This document shows positions 13,175 through 25,000 of a DNA stretch of 64,000 nt, in pieces. The DNA is from Phoronis australis (Eukaryota; Animalia; Phoronida), in contig NMRA01000439.1 of NCBI GenBank assembly GCA_002633005.1, positions 186,001 to 250,000 on the forward strand. Direction: 5' to 3'. The position numbers and the translations under genes were made by a program. Within the stretch, counting starts at the first letter, position 1, and the number at the start of each line of letters is the position of its first letter. The notes under the pieces were generated by a model, which was given only the letters and a program-made list of their open reading frames with translations, made no database searches and was not told where the DNA came from.

Positions 13175-13567
13175 CTACAAGTTTCAGTGATTGAACAACA
13201 ATTATAATAATACTAAATAAAAAGTTATTCAATAATAATAATTATTATAATACCAAATAAACAATACCAAGTCACAATGATTAAAAACCAATTATACTAA
13301 TCCTAAAAGCAATAAAGATAATATATTATCATTGACAATAATAATCATTACACTAAATTAACAATAACGATGATAAAAATTATAATATAAATAACAATGG
13401 CAACCTCCAGCACCACCCCGGCCACAACATCAATGAAATAACATATTTATTATAATTGACATGATGGTGTTTACTTTCTCTAAGCCAACAGACTACTTTG
13501 TGGACAGAAATTTACTTTGCGCCGGACCCTGACAAGTGCACAGTAAAGCAGATTTGGCAATACTCAC

Positions 13568-13650
13568 TGCAAGAAGGAGCTGACTGACTGTCTGTCTGTC
13601 GTCAAAGAAATGCCAGTATCTACAGAGGACTCTGCAGTACTGTTCCAACT
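13568..13650 (-). CDS. Gene A Ser/Thr-rich linker exon (SWNSTAESSVDTGISLTTDRQSVSSFL)
   Basis: ttccag acceptor, GTGAGT donor. Phase 0->2 bridges the neighbouring exons exactly. Confidence 0.8.
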
Positions 13651-14869
13651 CTGGAAGAATACAAAAGATTAGACAATTCGTGCACAGCAATTGTATGCTG
13701 ACTTAGGCCTGGAATCTAATCTTTGTACTCGAAACGAATTCGAAATTATTTTTAGCAATTTCTCTGTTACTTTTGTGCCAACTCAAGATAAGTTGTTATT
13801 AGACTATGCTCAAATACATTATAGTTTACACATATGAGTTACTAGTCCATGTCTGTACTTAATGACCCTTATATTCGTGCTACAAACTCGAGTAAAAATT
13901 TGAAATTTTGAGTTCAAACTCAAACTTTTAACCTTAATGTTGGGTTTATCACCCGCAAACTAGGACTAGAAAATTATCCACATAAGTTATTACGTACTCG
14001 AACATAGAATAAAAGACTCTTATCTTGAGTTCACACAAAAGTAGAGTAGAAAATGCCAAACATAATTTTGAGTTACATTTCGAGTAAAAAGAATAGAACC
14101 CGGTCCAGGGCTGGGATGCATTAACTTCCAAATTTATCCACCGGATAAGTTTAATTCTTGCATAAGGTCAACTCGATACCAGATAGCGTGTTGTTGTTGT
14201 ATATATAGTGCGTAAGTTAATCAAAAGGCCCACAGGTAAATCAATAGAACTCTTGGATTGTTTCATAACAAATATCTATGTTTAAGTGCACACTCCAAAC
14301 AACAGCACTTTCCAAATGTAGATATCAATGTATTCTATTGCTGTGCCTTCCTGGCATCTCCAGCATCCCACTCACTGATACACAGGCCAATTACCACGCT
14401 TCAAAGAGGTGCAAGTACTATAATGGATGTGCTCCAAGCAAAACAAACTTAGATCAGACTTCCTGATATTGTGGGACCCCAGTTCTTGTACTGTATTGAC
14501 AAGTACAAGAATATGGCTTAAATGCGTCTCAAATTTATTGTCTTTTGCTGTCATTCCCTGTAAGGAAGGTGGATGAAACAAGTATGTTTCGAAATATGGT
14601 GTTCCTTTTAATCATGTCTCGTGGTCAGTTACTTCATCAAAGTTCCATTGAGTGTGGAGTTTTATTCCGAACTTATGAACGAAACGGAATAAAGACTGTC
14701 AATAACGAAGTGTCGTGTGTTGAACCACTTTTGTGAGGAAGATCGGAAGGAATATAAGGGTAAAAGCATAAGAAATGTTCAACAGTAGATTGATAGTTAA
14801 AAAATGTGTCATATGATTTGATGCAAGACTAGAACGAAGAATCATCTTAGGTATGTCACATATACCTAC

Positions 14870-14995
14870 CTTCTTGATAAAGTCGAGTTCATCATGTAGC
14901 TTGTCACGTGACACTTGTATCTCTTTCGTCTTCTCTCTCTCGTCCTGTAACGCTTTATTGAGGCTTGCCACTTCATTACTCATGGTTACGTTGAC
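14870..14995 (-). CDS. Gene A coiled-coil exon (VNVTMSNEVASLNKALQDER...FIKK)
   Basis: gtccag acceptor, AAG|GTAGGT donor, 42 codons, phase 0-0. Confidence 0.88.
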
Positions 14996-15430
14996 CTGGA
15001 CAAAAAGGTAGATGTTCTAGAGATATCAGACCAGGCTGGGAATGCAACAAAATATTAGAAAGGGTTGTAGGGGAGTGGAATGGAGCCAGGAAGGAAGACG
15101 GAAGGAAGGAGGTCAAGGATTTATATCCAAAAGGATACCAAACCCAGTTAGGCCTATTAACAGGTTCCCATCCAATTATCTGAAATAAAATAATGCTCTG
15201 TAACCTTTGATAACCCTAAAAAATTTGGAGCAAAACTTGAAAAATCCTTTCAAAGTCTGCTAAACAGGCAAGCGTGACCTATGCTTTCAGCGAATTTCAA
15301 GGCAACTACATGTGGATTGGTTCATCGAAACAGGGTTTGGTGTCCTTTGAAATTGAGGTACAAACAATACTGTGTGACTTTTTGTTGATTTAAAGAAGCA
15401 AAAGCAGGGTTTCATAGTGACAAGTCTCAC

Positions 15431-15598
15431 CTCAGCTAGCTTTGAATTGCTGGCGGTAAGATCATGCAGCCTTGCCTCGATGTCTCCTTTTTCCTGTTGG
15501 TACCTGTCTCTGTCAGCCGCCACACTCGCAAGGTGCGACTTGAGGTCAGCAACACTCTCCTGTAGGGGCGTTACTAGCGATGACAGATGGCGCTTTTC
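15431..15598 (-). CDS. Gene A coiled-coil exon (EKRHLSSLVTPLQE...NSKLAE)
   Basis: ccgcag acceptor, GAG|GTGAGA donor, 56 codons, phase 0-0. Confidence 0.88.
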
Positions 15599-15755
15599 CT
15601 GCGGAAATGATATGTTTTATGGGAGTGATATACTTATCAGTCAATTGCATTTCAAAATCAACCCAGTCCCCCATTTACTGGCCATCAGGGTAGTGATGAA
15701 AGGTGTTTATATCACGAGACAACTCCTATTTGAGGTTTTGTTATCCAAACCCCAT

Positions 15756-16060
15756 AGCGAGCCTAAGCCTGACTGTGACTAACCCGTCCTAACAGATTCA
15801 CAAATTAATGCTCGTGGCTTAGCTGCGACGCTGAAAAAAACCTGTTCACTAATTTCTACTATAATGCATCAATTTCAAAAATTCAAAGATGGCTACTATT
15901 AACTTTTCAATTTCAAAAACAGTCATGTTGGTCGTTTGCCTTACTTAATGCTCATTTTTTACTTTGATACTCGTATGTTAAACAGGTGTGTTGGTTTACG
16001 ATAGGAATTATCTCATCCTCTCATCAGCACGTTTAGCCAAGCCCATGAATAGTGACTAGC
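15756..16060 (+). repeat. Interspersed repeat, inverted partner of 21178-21475
   Basis: gactgtgactaa...gccaagcccatgaatag is the reverse complement of ctattcatgggcttggc...ttagtcacagtc. Confidence 0.85.
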
Positions 16061-16572
16061 TCATTTCAATCCTCAAGCCTTTGATGTGCTGAGGACTTCG
16101 CTGGATACTCTGGGGTAAACAGTCCACACTTTCTTGTAAACTTGCGTGCAAATCCTGTTAGCGTAAGACTTGCCTAATGTGAATGTATTAGCAGACACAA
16201 GTCTAGGCTGACAGCATTAAGACCATTATCAACCATGCTCTATGATTTGCACATCGTCAATCTTCACAGGTGTTTTTCCTTTCACAAAAAAAACGTCGTG
16301 TAGAACATTATCTCAGCACACTAGCTACCGCGTTTTACTGCCAAATTGCTGCAATGTTGATACTAACTGTTGTCGGAAGCACAGTTACCAAAAAACCGGT
16401 ACCGTAACAATAACACGACCATGAGAAATATCTCCCGTTGATGTCACATATGCACCCTCCCCTAAAGAGTGAGTACCCAATTAGAACACAACCCAGTCAA
16501 AGACTCTGTTACTTAAAGCCACACTTAACAGTGACATCTCGTTGCCTTTGACATGATGCACCAACCAATTAC

Positions 16573-16698
16573 CTGCTTAAGTTCATCTCTCTCATTACAC
16601 AAAGTCTCCAATTGAATCTTCAGGTCAATAGCCTTGCCTGTCAGCTTGTCCGACTGTAATGACAGCTGTATCTTGGATTCATTTAGTTCATGGTTCTC
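16573..16698 (-). CDS. Gene A coiled-coil exon (ENHELNESKIQL...RDELKQ)
   Basis: ccacag acceptor, CAG|GTAATT donor, 42 codons, phase 0-0. Confidence 0.88.
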
Positions 16699-16932
16699 CT
16701 GTGGAAAATAAATTGAAAAATGAATCCTCGCCAAACACACAATCTTGGTTGAAGGCAAAACTGTCCTTTTTGTTAGACCGCTTGATGTATACTCGCTCGT
16801 AGTCTCAAAACAATCTCTTATCTTCAGGCGTGCAGCTATGAACCAAAACACCAAGTGACAACTGACGAACAGGTTAAAATATTTCAATACCACATGTCTC
16901 ATCATCAGGCAGAATATATTGCACAAGTCTAC

Positions 16933-17046
16933 CTTTCTCAGCCTTTCTATTTCCTCTAGCTGACCCCCAGTTTCATTCGCTAGTAATTTATTCTTCCTCA
17001 CTCTGGCTTTCCAGTCTTCTAGCTCTTGTTCAATTTGGTCTTTTGT
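16933..17046 (-). CDS. Gene A coiled-coil exon (TKDQIEQELEDWK...ERLRK)
   Basis: tttcag acceptor, AAG|GTAGAC donor, 38 codons, phase 0-0. Confidence 0.88.
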
Positions 17047-17304
17047 CTGAAAGGATGAGAATAGTGCATGATAAAAATACTTCAATTCAATAAAAATCAT
17101 TTTTAAAGTATGAATTTGTCAACTAAGGTCATGGATGAGAGAGTACCAATAGTGACAGAGCAAATTACTAATTTGTGAAATTTTGACTGAGAGTGGTCAT
17201 AACGGTTGCATTTTCATTTTGTGGGTATACTTAGCATCAACATGTGCAGAGTGCAGAATCTGACTAGCATGGTGAAAGGAAAAAACACTGTCCATCACTT
17301 TTGA

Positions 17305-17362
17305 TTACAAATACAATAGAATAGAATACAATAGAATAGAATACAATACAATATAATACAAT
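17305..17362 (+). repeat. (AATAC/AATAG)n pentanucleotide microsatellite
   Basis: Direct reading of the sequence. Confidence 0.8.
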
Positions 17363-17437
17363 CACCAATACCAATGTCACATGAAATTCAACAAATTCAT
17401 TAAAGATGAGGCCAAATGTGTCGGTTCTTACAGTACA

Positions 17438-18551
17438 GTAAAAATTCTCCAGTTTGGGACAGTCTCTAAAATTTCTGCACATTGAAATTCAAGACCAAAT
17501 TCAATTTTATTTTGAAAGATTGTGACATGAACGAATTGGGTGTTCATCAGATTTCTGAAATATGTTTACGTTTTGTATCAACAGAATGTGAAAATATACT
17601 TGGAAGCTCACAAAATTATCAACACAGTGCTGTAGTGGTAAAATTAGAGGTTTAGTGAGCGCCCAAAGCCCATCGTATTGCCTTGAGCGCTAAATTTTAA
17701 AAATGCATTGAACTCACAAAACCCGACTCACAAACATGTACATGCAGGCCTACTTTTTGACTCACAAGTCGGTAATTACATTAGTCAGCATTGGCGGATC
17801 TTGGATGTCGGAGAAAGAGGGTCAAACCACACATTGGTAAGGTGCATGTGCATTGCAAGTGGTCTCTGAAGGGGCCCAAGCACAATTATAAAGGAAAATA
17901 GAAGCGTAACATGCAGAAACAATATGTTGGCGGCAATTTTTAGTCGCCCGTGGGGTGTGTCCTTGGGGCCCTTTGCCACCACCCTCCCCTTATCCACCTA
18001 CGGTGGGACACCATAACGATTTCTTTATCTTGAAATATTAATAAAATTTCCATTATACTCGGTGAGCATAAATGTATGCCTGGTGGTTGCGCGCGCCGAA
18101 ATGTTCGGCAACAATGCGGTCGTCAGTGTAGCGCATTGACGCCGTACGCTATTCTAACGAGACTACGCCTCACTATACCGTCACGGTGCATAGCTCGCTG
18201 CATTAAAATGTAAAAAGGTAGTTGATACGACAAAATGTAAAAAGGTGGTTGGCTGCAACTATTTGCGATTACGCCCCTCTATACCGTAACTTACGGTGCG
18301 TAGGTGCTCCGATTAAAAGCAAAAAGGGGGTTGGCTGCGCCTACGTGCCCCTATGCCCCATTATAGCACTGGTACAGCTGCTGAATCAATATTTTCATGT
18401 GATCCCATAGTATGTAACATTAAGGTGAAGGTTCATTTGTCATTGATTGTAATTTTAGACGGTCAATATTACGTTTTTTAAAATATGGTACAAGCTCAGA
18501 CAATGACCAAAATAATTATTTTTTCACTGTCCCAAACTGGAGAATTTTTAC
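17438..18551. mobile_element. Non-autonomous DNA transposon (Kolobok-like) with a perfect 26-bp TIR and internal ~85-bp tandem repeats (18160-18380)
   Basis: GTAAAAATTCTCCAGTTTGGGACAGT at 17438-17463 and its reverse complement at 18526-18551. TTAA just beyond the right end. A related TIR occurs at ~55946. Confidence 0.7.
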
Positions 18552-18709
18552 CTTAAGTTAAAACTTTTGTGTACAGGGATTGTGAATTTATGTTGCACAA
18601 CTGTTTCATATAGAAAATAATTCCTTGGCAGAAAATAATATAATCCATTATCAATTTTATCAACGGAAACCATCGATGCTACAATTTTATTGTGTAATAG
18701 GTATGTCAC

Positions 18710-18854
18710 CTTGACAACAAGTGAGTGCTCCTCCTGCAGGGCTCTCAGTGAAGCTGTTGTTTCCTCAAGCGCCCTCTGTCGCTTCTTGTACTCAATACCA
18801 ATCTTTTCCTTGTCAGTCTTTAGTGATAATATCTGCTTTTCAAGACTTTCCACT
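18710..18854 (-). CDS. Gene A coiled-coil exon (VESLEKQILSLK...EEHSLVVK)
   Basis: ttttcag acceptor, AAG|GTGACA donor, phase 2->0. Confidence 0.88.
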
Positions 18855-19654
18855 CTGAAAACACAAATGTTTAAGAATGCAAGTTGGACTGGGCTGAGAG
18901 ACCTGTCTCATGATTGCTTCTTCAAGCAGATTATGGATATAATATGATAGAAACAGGCATGGCATATTGTTAGCATTGATGACAGCTCTATTAATTATAA
19001 AATAATAGCTCACTGAGACTATATCAAACTCTTGAATTCTATGTCAATAATAGCAATCATTTGATTTGATTTTATTTAGCAAGACACAAAATATATCTAT
19101 TCACATAATTATGAACATAAATAAATAAGACAACAACAAAAATGGGAACTACTCAGACTGCACCAGAAAGTGAGCAGATCTGGGGCCTGTTTCATGGAAA
19201 AAAACATCTTAGATGAGAATTTTACATTGCTCAAAAGCGTGTAAAACGTGGAAAACTGTACAATCCGTGTAGTGTGCATAACCGTGTAAAAATACGACAG
19301 GCTTAAGCGTAGGAAACATTTACTTTTGACACGCTAACTGTAAAGCGTGGAAACTGTAAAAATATGACGCGTTATGACTTCATTCAGTAAGTTAGTCTTG
19401 CACTCCATGCAACTACTTCTGAAGAACAATTAAGTCTAAATTGTGCAAAAGTGCAAAGTATCTGAGAATATACACATAACTGCTAGTTACCGAGACAATT
19501 TCTATTAAATTATTTTTAGAGACTGCGATACTCTCATAATTAGTTGGTTAAACCTTTCTTCAGCAAATGTGAAATGGGAGTTGTAATACAAATTTTCCTC
19601 ATCAAGTTTTTAAGTCACTTTCACGAAATAGACCCGTGATAAAAATTTACATAC

Positions 19655-19749
19655 TTGTCTGTAAGCACTCTGGAGAGACGGAGGTCGTCTACTTGTCTTT
19701 TCTGTTCATTCGATATTGCTTTGTCAAGATCACTAAGTTTACCGAACCC
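19655..19749 (-). CDS. Gene A exon (GFGKLSDLDKAISNEQKRQVDDLRLSRVLTD)
   Basis: tttcag acceptor, GTATGT donor, phase 0->2. Confidence 0.85.
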
Positions 19750-19925
19750 CTGAAATGTAAAATAAATTGAAAGCATGATAAATAGACGCAGACAGGTAAC
19801 ATTCGGTGTCACAAAAACTGTTTTTATTAAGAATTTGTAAGATGTATATGGTACATCAGGAATTTTGGAAAAAGTGCCTAACGGATGCAATCAGGGGTAG
19901 TTACTGATAATTTTTTATTGAAGTT

Positions 19926-20260
19926 TAAAGCAGCTATAAACCTACCTTCCTTTGTTTAGGCCACTTTGACCGCCATGGAAATGGTCTGAAGTTATTCCTT
20001 AGTAAAAAATACACGATTCCGCACCTCGGGGAACTGCCAGTTTGTTATTGGTCGAGACAAGGCACTATAAGCTGACTTGTCACAGCGTGTCATTTTATCC
20101 ACCGAGCGTGGTCTCCAGTAATAATGAACAGTGTCACTTCTTTGAATGACCACAAGTCACTTCTTATCCGAGTAAGGAACAAATTGAGAATAATTTTACA
20201 GCGGTACGTGTTCTAAATCAATGGTAAGTTTTGTTGACAGGAAGGTTAATTGCAGCTTCA
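19926..20260. mobile_element. Kolobok-type MITE
   Basis: TTAA|AGCAGCTATAAACCT ... AGGTTAATTGCAGCT|TCAA imperfect TIRs. Confidence 0.5.
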
Positions 20261-21177
20261 ATAATAGAACATTCGGTTTCCTCAATGCAGGCCACAAAAA
20301 CTCGTTGGAAAAAGATGAAAGTTTTGTGGAAACAAATGATGTTCCATTAAGTTTCAATATTACGGGCACAGCCCCTCAGTCAATAGAAAAAAAAAACTAA
20401 TTGTTCTTTTTGAAGTGGAACAAGCTGCAGGTGCAAATGAGGAATAAATAAAGAATAAATTTACCATCAAATAAAATCATAAATTTATAAAGCAGTAAAA
20501 ATTGTATGTATTTAGACTTTAGACACAAACCTGTGAAGATTGGGTCGAGTGAAAAGATTTCATTTCCAATTGTGCTGCCTCTAACTGTGACAATTTCCCT
20601 GACTGCTTCTGAAATATTAATAGGTAGGTCTGTGTCAACAAATCGATATACATTCCCCAACATTCATACATAATGTCCGGGATTGTTTATCAGTTGAGTT
20701 GGGAAAATAGCTCTTACCTGAAAAATGCTTTGACAGTTCTGAATTTTTAACCTTACCATGACTGCTTCTCGACAAATAAAATAGCGTAACTTAGGTATTT
20801 TAATGAAAGTAATAGAATTTTGAGACACATCTCGTGGCGGCCTATACCCTGATTGTTCAGTTGTTTTCAAAGGTAACAGTTTCATGGAAGCAAAATTTCT
20901 TTGAATTTTAAACTGCAATCACTGAAATCGAAATTCTCTGTTCTACTTATTTACACACTTACGATGAGTGTGTACGACAAAATGAATGTGTTTGAATGTA
21001 CCAACGTTCATAAAGATGAGCTTAAAGTCAGTTGCGCACTTGATGACACCCAGATTCGAGCTTACAAAACCATGTCGCTTGAGATTTTGAGTTCAGGCTC
21101 AAACTTATAGCTTTCATTAGACAACTCTTATGCCATCAGGATTGGTTTGCATGTGAATGATAAACCAAGCACTGTTT

Positions 21178-21475
21178 ACTCGCTATTCATGGGCTTGGCC
21201 GAATGTGTATTGGATGAGATAACTACGGTGGTAAACCAACCGGCCTGTTTAGCGTAGAAGTTTCAAAGCAAAAAGGGAACAATAAGTTAGGCAAATGACT
21301 AACATGACTGTTTTTAAAGTTGAAAAGTAAATGTTAGGCATCTTCGAATTTTTAAAATCGATGCATTATAAGAGAAATTGGTGAATAGGCTTTCTTCAGC
21401 AGCGTAGCTAAGCCATGAGCATTAATTTGTGAATCAATTAGGACAGATTAGTCACAGTCTGGCTTAAGTTCACTC
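21178..21475 (-). repeat. Interspersed repeat, inverted partner of 15756-16060
   Basis: About 300 bp of colinear reverse-complement similarity. Confidence 0.85.
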
Positions 21476-21789
21476 AGACAATGTGGTAACAAAATACTAA
21501 ATGTTAGTATAGGAGTTTTTTCAAGTTCATGTTTGGATTGTCAATTTAAAGGGCAAACAAGGATTCGACATACGGCACACCGAAGGTGAATACAGGGCAC
21601 TAACGAACACAATGATATCAAAAAGACCTAAACCACCAAAGGTAACATTTTATAATTAGAGGGAAACACAGAAAACAAATATATATTATAATGTTACATG
21701 AAAAACAAGAAAACACTCAAAGTTAGCAGTGACCTCTTGCACAAATCATAAATTTGGTTACACACAGGTGGACATTTGGCTGACCTCAC

Positions 21790-22042
21790 CTGAATTGTCA
21801 TTTGGGCTTCATGTAACTTCTCCATCAATCTTCTCCTCAAAAGTTCACTATTTTCATACGCTGCCTTATAGGTAGAGTTCTCCATGAAAGCCGAGGTCTC
21901 TGGTAAACTTTGACCTCTGAGTGTGTCACCCAAGGTTGATCTGATTGGTGAGTGCATGAGGCTTGACATGTCAAGAGGGCTGTCCACACGACTGAATGAC
22001 ATGTCGGAAGTCGAGTGTACTCCAGGGCTAGACATGGCATTG
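21790..22042 (-). CDS. Gene A exon (NAMSSPGVHS...RRRLMEKLHEAQMTIQ)
   Basis: Within ORF 21694..22053. Acceptor ttccag, donor CAG|GTGAGG, phase 2->0. Confidence 0.85.
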
Positions 22043-25000
22043 CTGGAAGTCAAAGTAAAATAACAGAGTTTTCCTTGCTGTCAAATGGCACAAATTTAAA
22101 TTCCGGTCATTCATCTAGCCGACTTAGATAAGGCATTTTCAATCTGGTAAACCGTGTTTCTGATAGAAATTATTTTATTTCATAACATCTAAATATTACA
22201 TAAGAAGTCTCAACATTTACTTCATTAAGTTCTGATAACCTTGTGAAAGATACCTCAGTAGTCCAAGTGTCCATGGTCCAAAGGCCATTCATTGACTGTC
22301 CAAGAGGTTGTGAGGAAAATGTGTGGCAGGGTATTCAGACTAGAAAATGCTCAATTGATTACCAAAACAAATTGTATGGAATCTTTCAGAAAGAACTACA
22401 TTTATGATTGACATATGTACCAACAATAAAAATACATGTGTCACAAGCTTGTTACTAGAGACGAAAAGGAGACAGAGGTTGGCAAAATAAGGTCATTTAT
22501 ATTGACAGAATACAACTGCAAAGAATATATGGATGAAAATAAAATACAATAAAAATAATAATCTCTGGATAGATGGGTAATAAAAAAAGTTCACAAGAAA
22601 CGTTGAAAACAGCTCATGCTCATATGTGTTGCAGTCAACGTCAATTCACTAAACATAAAAACTAAAATAACACTGGAAAAGGTCATTTAATCTGCGAACT
22701 TAATTAGGCTGTTTCATCAGTTCATAAGCTGCTGAACTCAACTTCTATAAACAACAAGTATTTGATTGAAAAAGCCATCTAATTTTATAAACCTGGTGTA
22801 AACTCATTCGTGACTCAGACTAGAATTTCAGAGCAGGGGAAATTGACAATCCTTTATTGCCTGATGTGGCTCAACATTAGTGTTTGACCAATCTGGTCAG
22901 TTTATGAGCCAAGATATTAAGTTTTAATGAACTGCCAGTTCTTCCCAAACCCCGGGGTACACCCACAGAAGAGGTATGCAGGACTCATGTCGCACACACG
23001 GGGGATATTTTTCAAATTTCTATATGAAAGGGTGCCTTTTCTGACAAAAAATTTCGCATTTTATTAAAGTTCAGTTTGGAGTTCAAAACTTTACAAAATC
23101 TTACTTTTATCAACTGCAAAAATTTTCAAAAGGGTATTTAATACTATCTATATGTTTCAAAAGTTCCGCAGTGAAAGATGTGTTTATATTTGTCAACATG
23201 GCAACTCTGCTGTTTCAGGCTTTGAATGGGTTAAAAATACAGCAGTTTGAAAATCTTCAGGAAAGAGACAGGTTATAGAATTAATTCTTGCAAATCACCC
23301 CTTTCTACAACAAACAGGTGACTCGGTCATGCAAGTGCATTGCAAATGGGACCCTTTTTCGCACTCTCTAAATTGGTGTGATTCCTTAAATTCTCCAGCT
23401 GCACCCCTGTCAAAGATATGTTTGGGTTCCCCTCCCTAACTCCCAAGCCCAGTCAATCACTTGTAATTTGAGTAAGAAACAGGTAAGCGAGCTGTTTTAC
23501 TACACATATTTTTTGACAGTACCGTTAACTTTAAAACTAAAATTAAACCTAGAAAGCAGATATACACATTTAGTCAATTTGTCTCAACAAATTACTATAA
23601 TTTAAATGTCTACACGCGCCCACGTTCTATCTAAACAAACTTTTGATAAAGACCTCTACTGCAGTAAAAGTGGTCTCAACATGCTCCTTACTCTGATGAG
23701 AAGTGATTTCTGGTCTGCTAAGGAATGACAGTTTATTCCTGAAGACCATGCATGGTGCATCAAATGACAAGCCAACTTGTAGAGGTTAGTTTCCAGCAAT
23801 GCAGAATTGTCATTTCTTTCAAAACCTTTAAATCATCTCCAATTTGACTAAGGAACAATTTGAGACCAATTTCATAATGGTAAGTGGTTTAAGTCAGAAG
23901 TTTGTTTTTGTGATAGAACACGGGTTTATTGACATTTTAAGTAACCAGCACTCACTACCGTTTCATTTTCTAGTAGAGAAAATCTACCACTGAGAAGAGT
24001 TGTTGGCAAATTCCTGTTTTTCACGGGGTAAAAATCAAATAGGGAGAATAAAACATGACAGTGTATTTCACTGAACTCGCACTAGGCACAAACTCGACTT
24101 ACCCATATCATAAGCTCATAGTTAAGACTGGATGTAATTACTATATGCAATTCTTAGCTGCAAACTTGGGTGTATTGTTTCCGAGTTGAATACATTTTAT
24201 TTTCGTTCAGCTGGTTGTTTTGTGTGTTACACCTTGTGCTACTTGTGTTTTTGTTTATTTATTCCTATTGAAATAAACTATTTGATTATGTTTTATGTGC
24301 CTATAGTCGTTCTCTGTCCAGGCGTTTTGTTGAGGTGAAAAGACACGCAACAATATTTACAATCTAATCTGGTGATCTGAGTGTGTACTAAACGTGGCGC
24401 CTCCATCTATGAATGGCCATTAAGCAGAAATATGTAATATGAATTAATACTGTAGGTGGAGTCTTTGGTAGTTAAATTCAAAATTTAATGCTCGGTCAAA
24501 TTCAAATTTCATGTGGCAATCGATTTCTCTATTGTTGAATGGTGCACACAGACATGTACTATCACCAAGAAGTGTTATATAACTTACATGAGACAAGTTA
24601 AAAGTCAATATTTTCCATCAGTTATAGTACAATCTCACCAGTATAGTACACTATGTGGCAGACAAGGGAATCTTCATTTTTCATCCTTTTCATAAAATAT
24701 ATATATTAAGTCCGAATAAATTCTTCATCGTGTCTATAAGTTCTGTGCTTACTCACATTTCAAATTAATAGCGTAATGGTTTAACATAACTCTAAAATTT
24801 TTTATGACAACCTTAAAACTGTTTCTTTCTAAAAAAATAAATAAAGAGGAATCAAGCAGTGGATTAAATTTCATTAGAGATACTTGACTTTGCTTCAAAG
24901 CTGGATCTGACCTAGTTCATAACCCAGCTCTAACAAAAAATCAAATTAGGCCTATTACTTTTATTGAAACTAGCCTTGGTGAAAATTTATTACCAGGATA

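Noticed and set aside
20718-20765. Micro-exons of gene A (two GTAAG donors)
   Set aside because: Weak acceptors, and they are not needed for phase continuity.
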